Under the pieces are notes generated by a model, which ran no database searches, was not told the DNA's origin, and was given only the letters and a program-made list of their open reading frames with translations. A stretch of DNA of 64,000 nt, taken from a bacterium (lineage in GTDB: Bacteria > RBG-13-61-14 > DATKZS01). Position 1 is the first letter of the stretch. Each line of letters starts with the position of its first letter. The translations under genes were made by a program, and so were the position numbers. Location of the stretch: assembly GCA_963674965.2 (NCBI GenBank), contig CAXXFL010000002.1, positions 640,001-704,000 on the forward strand, given 5' to 3'. Shown piece after piece: positions 38,326 through 48,191 of the stretch.

Positions 38326-38865
38326 ATGCTTGCCAAAACAAACGGACTCGTCGCCTTGTCAATTCCCGCGATACATAGCCCCGTGAGACGCGCCCGCGGG
38401 GCTTTTGCCGCCTCGCTGGCGGCGGCCCTTTTTTTTCTGGCCGGCTCGACCTGCGACAGGCCCCCCGCCGTGCCCGACTCGGTCAAGGGACCGGCCGTGG
38501 TTATCAGGAACCAGGATGGACAGGACTGGACGGTCACGGTCGAGTTGGCGCGCACTCCACTTGAACGCCAAAAAGGACTCATGTGGAGGTGGTCCCTCCC
38601 GAAGGACCACGGCATGCTGTTCATTTTCGACGATCTCGCGGTTAGGTCGTTTTGGATGAAGAACACGAGGATTCCCCTCGACATGATATTCATCGGTCCA
38701 GATAATAGGATCGTGGGCATAGTCGAGAACGCCGAGCCTTACACGGAGACGAAAAGGATGGTGGAAAAACCCAGCAGATGGGTGCTCGAGGTCGCGGGAG
38801 GAGAATGCGCCACCCGCGGCGTCAAGGCGGGAGACCTCGTGTATTTCTTCAGGATCGGAGAGTAA
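38326..38865 (+). CDS. DUF192 family protein; start uncertain
   Basis: VELA...GLM.R...GMLF.F...FWMKNTRIPLDMIFI...VLEV. Confidence 0.9.
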   Translation: MLAKTNGLVALSIPAIHSPVRRARGAFAASLAAALFFLAGSTCDRPPAVPDSVKGPAVVIRNQDGQDWTVTVELARTPLERQKGLMWRWSLPKDHGMLFIFDDLAVRSFWMKNTRIPLDMIFIGPDNRIVGIVENAEPYTETKRMVEKPSRWVLEVAGGECATRGVKAGDLVYFFRIGE

Positions 38866-38868
38866 TCG

Positions 38869-41010
38869 ATGCCCAGGGAAATGGACCTCAGCGGCCAGTG
38901 GGAAATCCATCCCGTCAACAGGTTCGACGGCCAATACGACTCTCTCGTGAACTGGCGGGAGGCCAGGGTCCCCGGCCACTGGCAGGAGATACCCGAGTTC
39001 GAGAGGTACGCGGGCAAGATGGTCTACAGGAAGCGCTTCAAGTTCATGCCCGATCCCACGAAGCGCATGTTCCTTCGACTTAACGGGGCCTTTTACTGGA
39101 CCACCGCCTACCTTAACGGCTGCCGTCTCGGCTCGAACGAGGGTTATTTCTTTCCCGTCGAGCACGAGATATCGGGCCTCCTCCGAAAGGACAACGAGGC
39201 CGTCATCGAGGTGGATTGTCCCAACGAGGAGGACAAGTCCTACAAGCGCCAGTTGACCGGGGTCTTCCATCATTGGGATTGTATAGACCCTCGGACCAAT
39301 CCCGGCGGCATATGGCTTCCCGTCGAGATCGTCTCGACCGGCCCGGCCCGCTTGGCCGATCCCCTTTTTACCACCGCCTATATCGACGGCAAGTCATCCT
39401 ACGCCCGCATCATCGGGCGGGCCACCATCGACCTCGAGGCCGAGGCCAACCTGACCGTGAGGATTTCCTTTACGCCCCTCACCTTCGAGGGCGAAACCCA
39501 GGTTTTCGAGAGGAAGATATTCAAGTCGCGGGGATCGAGCGCGTATCACTATAACCTCGACCTCAAGGAACCCACGCTCTGGTGGACTCACGACCATGGC
39601 AAGCCCGACTTGTATACCCTGCGGGTCGAGGTGACGGTGGACGGGGAGGACTCGCCCTCCGACGCGTGGGAGACCTCATTTGGCGTCCGGACCTTCGAGA
39701 TGCGCGACTATATCGCCTATCTCAACGGAAGGCGGATGTATATCCGGGGCAACAACTATCCGCCCGGAGACGCGAGGATCGCCCGTGTCACTCCGGAAAG
39801 GGTGGCCGAGGACCTCGAGCTGGCTAAAAAGTGCAACCTCAACCTGCTCCGGGTCCACGCCCACGTGGACCATCCCGCCTTCTACCGGGCCTGCGACGAG
39901 AAGGGCATGCTCCTGTGGCAGGACTTTCCCATGCAGTGGTACTACCGGCCCGAGGTGGAGGACCAGGCGGCTCGGCAGGTCGAGCGGATGATTTTCCTCC
40001 TCGGCAGCCGCCCGTCCATCGGCGTCTGGTGCATGCATAACGAGCCCTTCCGCCTTTTCGACGTTCGCAAGCCCTTCGGTCCCATCTCGATCGGCAGGGC
40101 CGCGGCCTCGCTGCTTTTTTGGAACAGGAACCGCGACAAGATGGACAAGGACCTGGCCCGCAAGGCCCGTTTTCTCGATCCCCACCGTTTCACCACCAGG
40201 TGCTCGGGGGCGAGAGGACTTTTCCGCGAGACGGGTGACGCGCATTATTATTACGGCTGGTACATGGGACCGCTGCACTGGTTTCACCGCGTCTATAAAA
40301 AGCATCCGGAAAACCTCAAGTTCATTACCGAGTTCGGGTCCCAGTCCTTCCCGAACCTGGAAAACGCGATCAGGTTCATGCCCGCCCGCATCGAGGACGT
40401 GGACGTAAAGAAACTCGAGGCCCGCCACCATTTCCAGCGGCTGTTCATGTACATGTTTCCCCGGCCCAAGCTGAACATGAAAAGGTTCGCGTCGCTTTCC
40501 GAGTACATCCAGGCCACCCAGGATTATCAAAGCGAGCTTAACCGCTATCATATCGACAGGATACGGCGTCTCAAGTACAAGCCCGGCGGCGGCCTCGTGC
40601 CTTTTCTCCTGCTCGACTCGAACCCGGCCGTGCAGTGGTCGGTGATCGATTACTGGCGGACGCCCAAGTCCAGCTACTACGCCATGAAAAAGTGCATGAG
40701 CCCTGTTTACGCCTTTACCATCTTCGATAAGCCCTCCTATTCGAGAGGAAGCATCGTCTCGATCCCGGTTTACGCGGTGAACGACGGGTGGGAGGAAGCC
40801 CCCGTCGAGGTCCGGCTTATGGTCAAGTCGCCCGTGGGAGACGACGTGATCGACCGGACCTGGTCCGAGACGCTCCCGGCCGACTGCGAGGCCCTGGCGC
40901 TGGGCAACCCGGAGTTGAAGCTCAAGTGGTCGGGCGTGTACGACGTGAGGGTGGTGATGGGCGACTCGAGGGGCGTGTTCGAGAACGCCTACAAGCTCAA
41001 GGTCAGGTAA
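38869..41010 (+). CDS. Glycoside hydrolase family 2 (beta-mannosidase-like)
   Basis: GGIWLPV, LWWTHDHGKPDLY, RVHAH, WQDF, HNEP acid/base, ITEFG nucleophile. Confidence 0.85.
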   Translation: MPREMDLSGQWEIHPVNRFDGQYDSLVNWREARVPGHWQEIPEFERYAGKMVYRKRFKFMPDPTKRMFLRLNGAFYWTTAYLNGCRLGSNEGYFFPVEHEISGLLRKDNEAVIEVDCPNEEDKSYKRQLTGVFHHWDCIDPRTNPGGIWLPVEIVSTGPARLADPLFTTAYIDGKSSYARIIGRATIDLEAEANLTVRISFTPLTFEGETQVFERKIFKSRGSSAYHYNLDLKEPTLWWTHDHGKPDLYTLRVEVTVDGEDSPSDAWETSFGVRTFEMRDYIAYLNGRRMYIRGNNYPPGDARIARVTPERVAEDLELAKKCNLNLLRVHAHVDHPAFYRACDEKGMLLWQDFPMQWYYRPEVEDQAARQVERMIFLLGSRPSIGVWCMHNEPFRLFDVRKPFGPISIGRAAASLLFWNRNRDKMDKDLARKARFLDPHRFTTRCSGARGLFRETGDAHYYYGWYMGPLHWFHRVYKKHPENLKFITEFGSQSFPNLENAIRFMPARIEDVDVKKLEARHHFQRLFMYMFPRPKLNMKRFASLSEYIQATQDYQSELNRYHIDRIRRLKYKPGGGLVPFLLLDSNPAVQWSVIDYWRTPKSSYYAMKKCMSPVYAFTIFDKPSYSRGSIVSIPVYAVNDGWEEAPVEVRLMVKSPVGDDVIDRTWSETLPADCEALALGNPELKLKWSGVYDVRVVMGDSRGVFENAYKLKVR

Positions 41011-41028
41011 ACGGAGCGGATTCATCGA

Positions 41029-42168
41029 ATGAGGATGTATACCAACAAAACGGCCCGCTTGAGAGACACGGCGCGCAAGGTGGCCAAGGCCCTTCGAGGC
41101 GAGGCCGAGAGCATAGACAAGATGGACGAGTTTCCGCCGGCCATGCTGGGCAAATTGTGGGACTCGGGCTTCATGACCATGGCCGCGCCCAGAGAGCTTG
41201 GCGGCGGCGGGTCCAGCTTGAACGAGATGGCCATCGTGATCGAGGAGTTGGCCAAGGGGTGCGGGTGCGCGGCGCTTATCGTCCTGCTCCAGGCCATGAG
41301 CCTCTCGGCCATCGCCATGCACGGCGCGGGTAAAAAGCGCGAGCAATGGGTTTCCCGGGTCATCGACGAGCGTTGGGTCCTTTCCTTCGCCCTTACCGAG
41401 GCCGACCCGGATCAGGGCAAGGGACCGTCATACACCACCGCGAAGAAAAACAAGTCCGAGTACGTGATAAGGGGCCGGAAGTCATTCGTCTCCGGAGCCA
41501 GGGACGCGGACGCCATCATAGTCTTCGCCGTCACCAATCCCAAGGCCGGGGTTAAGAAGGCCCTTACCGCCTTCCTGATACCGGCGGGCGCGACCGGCAT
41601 GCTGCCGGGCGTGGAGAAGTCACGGGCCGGACTTCGCGGCGCGCCGGCGGTGGACCTCGAGTTGGCGGGGGTCAAGGTCAAGACCGACTCCATCCTGGGA
41701 AAAAAGGGAGACGGTTACGCCATCGCCCAGCGGTCCATTTTGAAGTCCGCCCCCCTGGCCGCGGCCCTTTCCTGCGGGCTTTTGGACGAGGCCCTGGACT
41801 TGACCATTAAAAGGGCAAGGGAAATGGGCAGGGACCCGGCCCCCCTTTCCGAGTTCAGGGCCGTCGAGTTGTCCCTGGCCGAGATGGCCGCGTCCCTCGA
41901 CCGCGCCCGGGCCATGACCTGGATAAGCGCCGGGGCCATGGACGAGGGCCTCGAGGAGGGCGAGCGCCTTGCCCGCGAGGCCAAGTGGACCTCGACGGAG
42001 GACGCGGTCAAGGCCATCGACGAGGCGTCTTGCGTCTGGGGAGTAAGCGGTTCGATCAAGGGTTCTCCCCTCGAGCGCCTGGGCAGGGACGCTCGGGCCG
42101 CCCGTCTCATTCTCGGGCCCAACCATCTGCAGAAGATCGAGGTGGCCAGGAAACTTCTGGCCGGCTGA
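41029..42168 (+). CDS. Acyl-CoA dehydrogenase-family protein, catalytic Glu apparently missing
   Basis: PRELGGGG, EELAKG, FALTE, GRKSFVS, LERLGRDAR; ILGPNHLQ in place of YEGTxxIQ. Confidence 0.82.
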   Translation: MRMYTNKTARLRDTARKVAKALRGEAESIDKMDEFPPAMLGKLWDSGFMTMAAPRELGGGGSSLNEMAIVIEELAKGCGCAALIVLLQAMSLSAIAMHGAGKKREQWVSRVIDERWVLSFALTEADPDQGKGPSYTTAKKNKSEYVIRGRKSFVSGARDADAIIVFAVTNPKAGVKKALTAFLIPAGATGMLPGVEKSRAGLRGAPAVDLELAGVKVKTDSILGKKGDGYAIAQRSILKSAPLAAALSCGLLDEALDLTIKRAREMGRDPAPLSEFRAVELSLAEMAASLDRARAMTWISAGAMDEGLEEGERLAREAKWTSTEDAVKAIDEASCVWGVSGSIKGSPLERLGRDARAARLILGPNHLQKIEVARKLLAG

Positions 42169-42191
42169 CGGGCCGCGTTGGCGGCGCTTTC

Positions 42192-44555
42192 CTACTTGGT
42201 TTTACTCGCCCTCTCGGCCGCGTCTATCTTTTCCAAAAGCAGCCTGGCCTTGTCGAACCCGGGATGTATAAGCAGGGACCGGTGGGCCTCGCTTCGGGCC
42301 AGGTCGAGAGCGCCCATATTGTAGTGGCAGTAAGCCATGTTGTATAAGGCGTGCGCCGAGCGGCGCTCGATCCGGAGCACTTCCATATATAGATCGACGG
42401 CTTTCACGTAACCTTGCGGGTCCTTGCCCGAGTCGGCCTTCAAGACCATGAGGTTGGCCAGGTTCATCCGCGACGACGCGTCGGCGGGATTAAGCTCGGC
42501 GGCCCGGGCAAAGGAAGCCGCCGCTCCATCCAGGTCCTTGTTGCCTAACAGGGCCACGGCGAGGTTCCCATGCGCGTCCGCCCGCTCGGGGGCCAGCCGC
42601 GTCGCTTCTTTAAAAGCCTCGGAGGCCGGTCCGAACCTTTTTCGGTCCATGTATGCCTTGCCCAGGTTGTTCCAGCCGATGAGAGAGTCGGGGTCCTCGG
42701 CGACCACCGAGCTCCAGAGCTTGATCTCGTTGCTCCAGTCGCCCACCCGCGCCACGTTAAACGACAGCATGTAGAGCGTGACCGACAAGAAGGTCATCCA
42801 GTAAAAAGATCGGCCCAGCCCGTAGGAGGACGCCCATCTTACCATCCTCACGAAAAAGAGAAGATAAAGTGCGGCCCCGCTGAAACTGTAAAAAAGAGCG
42901 TTCCCCCACTCCGCGAGGGGGGTGCCGGAGGCCATGAGAAGACTCGATCCGGCCCTCGGTCCCGGCCGGGCGTGGGCCCTGATAAAGGAATGGTAACGCT
43001 CGAGATACCCGGCGGACTCGACAAGGGGAGCGCCCAGACGGCCGTTCGCCAGCCACTCGGTCATGATGGCCGCGAGGATCAAACCGAGGCCGATGACGAT
43101 GAAAAATACCGGCAACTCGAGCCAGACCCTTCTAATCAAAGGACGGGGCCATTTGCCCGCGGAGGCCATGATGAAGAGCAAGGAGAACGGAATAGATACC
43201 AGCAGGGTCGAGATTAACAGCGCCATCGAGCGTTCCATCAAATAGGGGCCTCCCCGGGGCCATAGCACGTTGATCCGCAGGGCCAGGGGACCGAGAAGGA
43301 CGGCGAAGACGACGAGATATGTGATTATGCAAAGCGAGAGCGCGTGGGTCTTGGCGCTTATTGCCTCGCCGTTTTTATAAATCTCGTCCCAGCCGGCGGC
43401 GAGCAGAATACAAAATCCGGCGGATGGGATGTACAGATACCTCTCGGCGAAAAAGGAGTTCTGCGGTATCCAGTTCATTACGGGCAGAAGGTTGATGAAA
43501 ATCCAGCCGACCGAGAATGAAAGGACATAATTCTTTCTTAACGCGAAGGCCGCGAGAGGGAGGGAGATAAAGGTCGCCATCCCCAGCCAGGGCCAGGGCC
43601 GGCCAAAGCTGGTGAACTCGATTTTGGGGACCGGACTCTGGTGGACGGGAAAAAGGAGGAAGCGAAGATACCTGGGATAGTAAGAGAAGGCGGTGGCCAG
43701 GTTCCTCCCGAAATCCAACTCCTCGATCATGGCGCCCTTCAGCCTTCCGAAAATATTGAAGTCCCTGAGAACGGGTATGGAAAACCTCGATCCCAGGTAA
43801 AGGGCCGAAAGCGCGAGGGTCAGAAGGAGGGCGATGTAAACAAGGCCCTTCCAGGAAACGCCCCTGCCCTTTCTAAGGAACTCGTGAAAGAGAAGAAGAA
43901 GAGGGAAAACGGCCGTCACCTGCTTGGACAAGATGGCTAGAACGAAAAAGACGAAAGCAACGGCCGGCGCCAGAAGAGGCCTTTTATCCTGGAAAAGATA
44001 AGCGTGGAAAGCCAGGAGCAAAAAGGACAAAGCCATCATTTCCTTGCGATGGGCTATGCTCATGACGGCCTCGACGTGCACCGGGTGGATGGCGAATAAA
44101 AAGGACGCCATAAGGGCCAGCCGGACGTTCCGCGTAAGCCTTACGACGAAGGCGTAAAGTAATAGGGACGCGAATGTATGCCAGACAAGATTATGAACGT
44201 GGTAGCCGCGGGGATCGAGCTCGAAGAGGGCGTAGTCCACCATGTAGGAGAAGGCGCGCGCCGGTCTTCCCGACTGGAGCACGACGCCCAGGTTGCGAAA
44301 GTCCCTGATGGTGGGGTTGTTGACTATCAGCTCGTGGTCGTCGAAATTGAAATGAGCGAAGTTGGCCAGATAAAAAACGCCGAATACGCTAAAGAAGATT
44401 ACGGCCGCGGCGATAAGGTGTCTTGACCAAAGCCATGCAAAGAGCTTCCTCCCAGCCGAAGCTTCATCTTCATCAACCCGCTCGGGCGAGCCCGCCGGCG
44501 AGATATCTTTTTGTGACTTGTCCGCCTCCACCCCTTTTTCCGTTTCCAATGCCAC
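42192..44555 (-). CDS. TMTC-like (GT-C) membrane glycosyltransferase with C-terminal TPRs
   Basis: FDD...NP.I, RP, YHVHN...H, LFAIHPVHVEAV, LSKQ, AERYLYIPSAG, W.NE..LW, TPR repeats. Confidence 0.82.
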   Translation of the reverse strand: MALETEKGVEADKSQKDISPAGSPERVDEDEASAGRKLFAWLWSRHLIAAAVIFFSVFGVFYLANFAHFNFDDHELIVNNPTIRDFRNLGVVLQSGRPARAFSYMVDYALFELDPRGYHVHNLVWHTFASLLLYAFVVRLTRNVRLALMASFLFAIHPVHVEAVMSIAHRKEMMALSFLLLAFHAYLFQDKRPLLAPAVAFVFFVLAILSKQVTAVFPLLLLFHEFLRKGRGVSWKGLVYIALLLTLALSALYLGSRFSIPVLRDFNIFGRLKGAMIEELDFGRNLATAFSYYPRYLRFLLFPVHQSPVPKIEFTSFGRPWPWLGMATFISLPLAAFALRKNYVLSFSVGWIFINLLPVMNWIPQNSFFAERYLYIPSAGFCILLAAGWDEIYKNGEAISAKTHALSLCIITYLVVFAVLLGPLALRINVLWPRGGPYLMERSMALLISTLLVSIPFSLLFIMASAGKWPRPLIRRVWLELPVFFIVIGLGLILAAIMTEWLANGRLGAPLVESAGYLERYHSFIRAHARPGPRAGSSLLMASGTPLAEWGNALFYSFSGAALYLLFFVRMVRWASSYGLGRSFYWMTFLSVTLYMLSFNVARVGDWSNEIKLWSSVVAEDPDSLIGWNNLGKAYMDRKRFGPASEAFKEATRLAPERADAHGNLAVALLGNKDLDGAAASFARAAELNPADASSRMNLANLMVLKADSGKDPQGYVKAVDLYMEVLRIERRSAHALYNMAYCHYNMGALDLARSEAHRSLLIHPGFDKARLLLEKIDAAERASKTK

Positions 44556-44673
44556 TTCCCGAGGAAAACTTTTATAACGGATGATTCAATAATATATCCG
44601 AAGCGTCGGAATTAGCCTGTTTCGATCCTTCGCCGGATAGGGTCTTCCGTTTCTTGACGAAATGATCTAATGA

Positions 44674-44835
44674 TCAAAAAATTGTATAAATAAACGGCAT
44701 TATCGTAGTCGTGCTCTCGGTGAGTACGATCACCACCACCAGGAGGAGCAAAACGATTATGATGGGGGCCATCCACCATACTTTCTCCTCCTTGATGAAC
44801 TGCCAAAATTCCTTTAGTATCCCAAGCTTAGCCAT
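44674..44835 (-). CDS. DUF5989-like 53-aa membrane microprotein
   Basis: Below the ORF-track cutoff. Hand translation MAKLGILKEFWQFIKEEKVWWMAPIIIVLLLLVVVIVLTESTTTIMPFIYTIF*; GGAGGGG RBS; KxWWxxP...PFIYTxF signature. Confidence 0.85.
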   Translation of the reverse strand: MAKLGILKEFWQFIKEEKVWWMAPIIIVLLLLVVVIVLTESTTTIMPFIYTIF

Positions 44836-44876
44836 TATCCCCTCCACGCGTTAGCCGCCGCGAGCGGCGTGTCTTA

Positions 44877-45608
44877 CTAATCTTTACCCGGCCTTCGAGC
44901 CACGCAGGCCAGCGTCGTTCCAAAGGGAAGCGTGAAACGCTCGATATACCGAACTTCCAGTTCGACAACCAAAAGCAAAAACTTGTTCAAAAACCGGGGC
45001 CATTCGTAACTGATGGTCTCCGACCGGTTGCCGGCAAATTTTTGCAAAACCCTCACCGGCAGCATGGCCGGAAATAAAAATCCCATGAAATGAGTAAGCT
45101 TTATAATCTCAAATCCGGCGTCCGAAAGCAATCTTTTAAAATCTTCCCGTCCGTATCGTCTCACGTGTCCCATGGCCTCGTCATGGGCGCTCCATAAAAA
45201 AGGATGGGCCGGTACCGTGGCCAGGAGTATGCCCCCCGGCTTCAGGGTCCGGAAGATTTCCCGGGCGGCGGCCGCGTCGTCCGGCACGTGCTCGAATATA
45301 TCCAGGGCCGAGGCCCCGTCAAAGCTTTTATCCCGGAAAGGGATACTCTCCGCCGGGCTTCTGACCAGCGACCTTACCCCCCGGGCCGCGCAAAACCCCA
45401 CCGCCTCGGCGCTGGGGTCCACGCCCATCCATCGGCCCCGTCCGCGGACGCGATCCAGGTTGGCTCCCGTGCCGCAGCCCACGTCGAAATACTCTCCCGC
45501 CTCGGGCAGCCATTTTCCGACCCACGAGTTTATCAGCGCTCCCTTCCCGGCGAACCACCAGAAGGCGGTCTCGGCCCGGTACATCTTCTCGTACTCGGAA
45601 GCCTTCAA
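44877..45608 (-). CDS. Class I SAM-dependent methyltransferase (glycosylation-cluster type)
   Basis: FWWF, DVGCGTG, LDIFEH, TVPAHPFLWSAHD...HVRRY. Confidence 0.88.
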   Translation of the reverse strand: MKASEYEKMYRAETAFWWFAGKGALINSWVGKWLPEAGEYFDVGCGTGANLDRVRGRGRWMGVDPSAEAVGFCAARGVRSLVRSPAESIPFRDKSFDGASALDIFEHVPDDAAAAREIFRTLKPGGILLATVPAHPFLWSAHDEAMGHVRRYGREDFKRLLSDAGFEIIKLTHFMGFLFPAMLPVRVLQKFAGNRSETISYEWPRFLNKFLLLVVELEVRYIERFTLPFGTTLACVARRPGKD

Positions 45609-46972
45609 AAGACCCGCCTTATTTTGCTCCAGAGTTTTTGGAGGCCCCCGGGGGTAAAAAGGGCGGCCAGTTGTCCCACCAGTCTCATGGGCCTCATGTA
45701 AAATCCCAGGTAGGCCGCCTTTTGAATCCTTAGCAGCCGTCTTTCATCCAGACCGGCGCCGGGCTTGAAGGAATATCTTTTGTAATAGTCCATGTCCTCG
45801 GGACAAAGCTCGACGGCGCCCGAGTGTTTCTCGAACAGGTAGGTGCCCGGCAGAGGCGTGGTCAGGTTGAAGGTCGCGTCGTCTATGGGCAGCCGCCAGG
45901 CGTATTTCACCGTGTCCCACGCGTCGGATGGGGTCTCGCCGGGCGCGCCGAGCATGAAGTATCCCTGAGTCCCGATCCCGAGGGCCTTGGCCGCCCCGAC
46001 CGCCCGCTCGACGTGCTCGCGCGTAAGCCGCTTGTTGAAAATCTCCCGGCGGTTCTCGTCGCTGTAAACCTCGATGCCCACGTAAATCTTGGCCAGGCCC
46101 GCCTCCTTCATCCTGCGCAGCATGTCCTCGTCGACCAGGTCCGCCCGTACGTTGCACCCCCAGCCGTATCCCAGGCCGCGGCTTAATATCTCGTCGCAAA
46201 AGCTCATCACCCACTTGCGGTCGGCGATAAAGGTGTCGTCGGAAAAAAGGAACCCCGATATGCCGAACTGGGAGCCTCGCAGCTCGAGCTCGTCCACCAC
46301 GTTGGCGGCGGAGCGCTTCCTTACTCCCTTGCCGAAGAGCTTGTCGAGGGTGGGCTGGCAATAGGCGCACTTGAACGGACATCCCCTGGTGGCCAGCACC
46401 GAGGTGCCCCGGAGGCCGGGCTTGACCGAGTCGAGTTGAAACCAGTGGTTGAAATATTCCTCCATGTCCAGGAGATCGAGAGCGGGAAAGGCGAGTTGGT
46501 CCAGGTCGCCGATCGGCTTGCGATGCTCTCCCTTTACCCCGCCTCCATCCCTGAAGAAAATCCCCGGCACTTCCCTTATATCCTTGGCTTCCAGAAGCTC
46601 GACGAAGGTCTCCTCGCCCTCCCCCACGCAGACCGCGTCCACGGCCTCCTCGGCGAGGACAAGATCGGGCAAGGTCGTGGGGTGAGGACCGCCCACTATC
46701 ACCTTGCAGCCGGGATTGGTCCGCTTGGCCTCCCGAGCGGCATGGGTCGCCTCCCGGGCCATGGTCACCATGGCGGAAATGCCCACCAGGTCGAAGCGCT
46801 CCTTTTCCAGTTCCCGCTTGACGAGCCCGGCCGGGTCGGCGGCGAAGGTCGTATCGATAATGACGGGGGCCTCGCCCGTAGCCTTGCGCATGGCCGCCGC
46901 CAGGTAAGCCACGCCCAGTGGCGGGTCTCCAGTGGGGTATTTGGCGCGGGGAAAAACCAGGGCTACTCTCAT
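45605..46972 (-). CDS. Cobalamin-dependent (class B) radical SAM protein
   Basis: PPLGVAYLAA, GGPHPT, GEGE, TRGCPFKCAYC, DDTF, PLPGT; start overlaps the GT2 stop (ATGA). Confidence 0.9.
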   Translation of the reverse strand: MRVALVFPRAKYPTGDPPLGVAYLAAAMRKATGEAPVIIDTTFAADPAGLVKRELEKERFDLVGISAMVTMAREATHAAREAKRTNPGCKVIVGGPHPTTLPDLVLAEEAVDAVCVGEGEETFVELLEAKDIREVPGIFFRDGGGVKGEHRKPIGDLDQLAFPALDLLDMEEYFNHWFQLDSVKPGLRGTSVLATRGCPFKCAYCQPTLDKLFGKGVRKRSAANVVDELELRGSQFGISGFLFSDDTFIADRKWVMSFCDEILSRGLGYGWGCNVRADLVDEDMLRRMKEAGLAKIYVGIEVYSDENRREIFNKRLTREHVERAVGAAKALGIGTQGYFMLGAPGETPSDAWDTVKYAWRLPIDDATFNLTTPLPGTYLFEKHSGAVELCPEDMDYYKRYSFKPGAGLDERRLLRIQKAAYLGFYMRPMRLVGQLAALFTPGGLQKLWSKIRRVF

Positions 46973-47718
46973 CGAGCCCTTTCCCTTTTCGGCATGGCCC
47001 GGACGTTTCTCCAGATACGGAAAAGCTCGGCGAGCACCCAGGGCCAGTCGCGCCATACTTTCACCCGGCTGTCCGGGTCGTCATGCCAGATGACGGGGAC
47101 CTCCTCCACCTTGTAGCCCAGGGCGCGGGCCTTGAGGAGTATCTCGATATCGAAACAATAGCCCCTGGATTTCAAGTCGGAGAAAAGCTCGCGGGCCGCG
47201 TCTCCCCTGAAGCCCTTGAATCCGCACTGGCTGTCCACCACCCCCACGGGAAAGAAGCGCCTGACCATCCACCCGAAAAGCAGGCCCAGGCCCAGCCGGA
47301 CCGGCGGCTGGTAGCGCTCGATAAGAGAACCGGGAGCCTGGCGGCTTCCCACCGCCACGTCGGCCCCCTCCTCCAGCGCCGCGGCCAGGCGGCCCCATTC
47401 GGTGACGGGGGTGGAAAGGTCCGCGTCGGTCATGAGCACCCTGGCGCCGGTGGATTCCATGATCCCGCGGGCCACGGCCGCGCCCTTTCCGCGGTGGGGG
47501 ATGGAGACGACCCTTACCCGGGGGGCCGGCGAACTTTCCGATCTTCTTTCCACCCAGTCCCGCGCTAAAGATACGGTGCGGTCGGTCGAGCCGTCGTCGG
47601 CCACGACGATCTCCCAGTCGAGGCCGGAGGCGTCGAAAAAACCCGCCAGGGCCTCGAGGGTCCCCTCGATATTCTTCTCCTCGTTATAAGCGGGCACGAT
47701 GGCCGAGACGTCAAGCAT
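46969..47718 (-). CDS. GT2 polyprenyl-phosphate glycosyltransferase (dolichyl-phosphate glucosyl/mannosyltransferase-like)
   Basis: PAYNEE, DDGSTD, GKGAAV, DADLSTP, GSR, DSQCGFK, FDIE. Confidence 0.9.
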   Translation of the reverse strand: MLDVSAIVPAYNEEKNIEGTLEALAGFFDASGLDWEIVVADDGSTDRTVSLARDWVERRSESSPAPRVRVVSIPHRGKGAAVARGIMESTGARVLMTDADLSTPVTEWGRLAAALEEGADVAVGSRQAPGSLIERYQPPVRLGLGLLFGWMVRRFFPVGVVDSQCGFKGFRGDAARELFSDLKSRGYCFDIEILLKARALGYKVEEVPVIWHDDPDSRVKVWRDWPWVLAELFRIWRNVRAMPKRERAR

Positions 47719-47961
47719 GGGAATATATTATATACATTACTCCCGGGATTTCTCCAACCGCCCGTTGCCGAATGCCTTATATTTAAAGAATTAATCCTTA
47801 AATCCGCCGCGGCCGAGGCGTTGGTTTGACGTTTTCCGGCATCGGCCATACAATAAAAATTCCGTTCAAAAGCCGATATCGAGTCCGTCTTCGGTGTGGA
47901 CGAAACGATATTGGCCAAGAGATAAATCCCCCGCGGGTAAAATATTATATCGGGAGAAGTC

Positions 47962-48168
47962 ATGGATAAAACCAGGATTTACGGCGGTCTTATAGCGATC
48001 GGAACTATCGTTTTGGCGCTTCTTTTCATAGTGGGAGTATTCAACCACAGCTACGTGGCCCTGGCCATCCCGGTCACGGTGGTCACGCTGACCCTTTTAG
48101 GTCTCGTCTTTTGGATCGGTTACACCATCTGGAGCATCAAGGTCGAGCCGCCCAGGGATGAGGAATAG
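47962..48168 (+). CDS. Small 2-TM membrane protein
   Basis: 68 aa, two hydrophobic helices, GGGAG RBS, first gene of a co-oriented run. Confidence 0.7.
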   Translation: MDKTRIYGGLIAIGTIVLALLFIVGVFNHSYVALAIPVTVVTLTLLGLVFWIGYTIWSIKVEPPRDEE

Positions 48169-48191
48169 GCCCGGCTTTCAGGTAACCTCAG

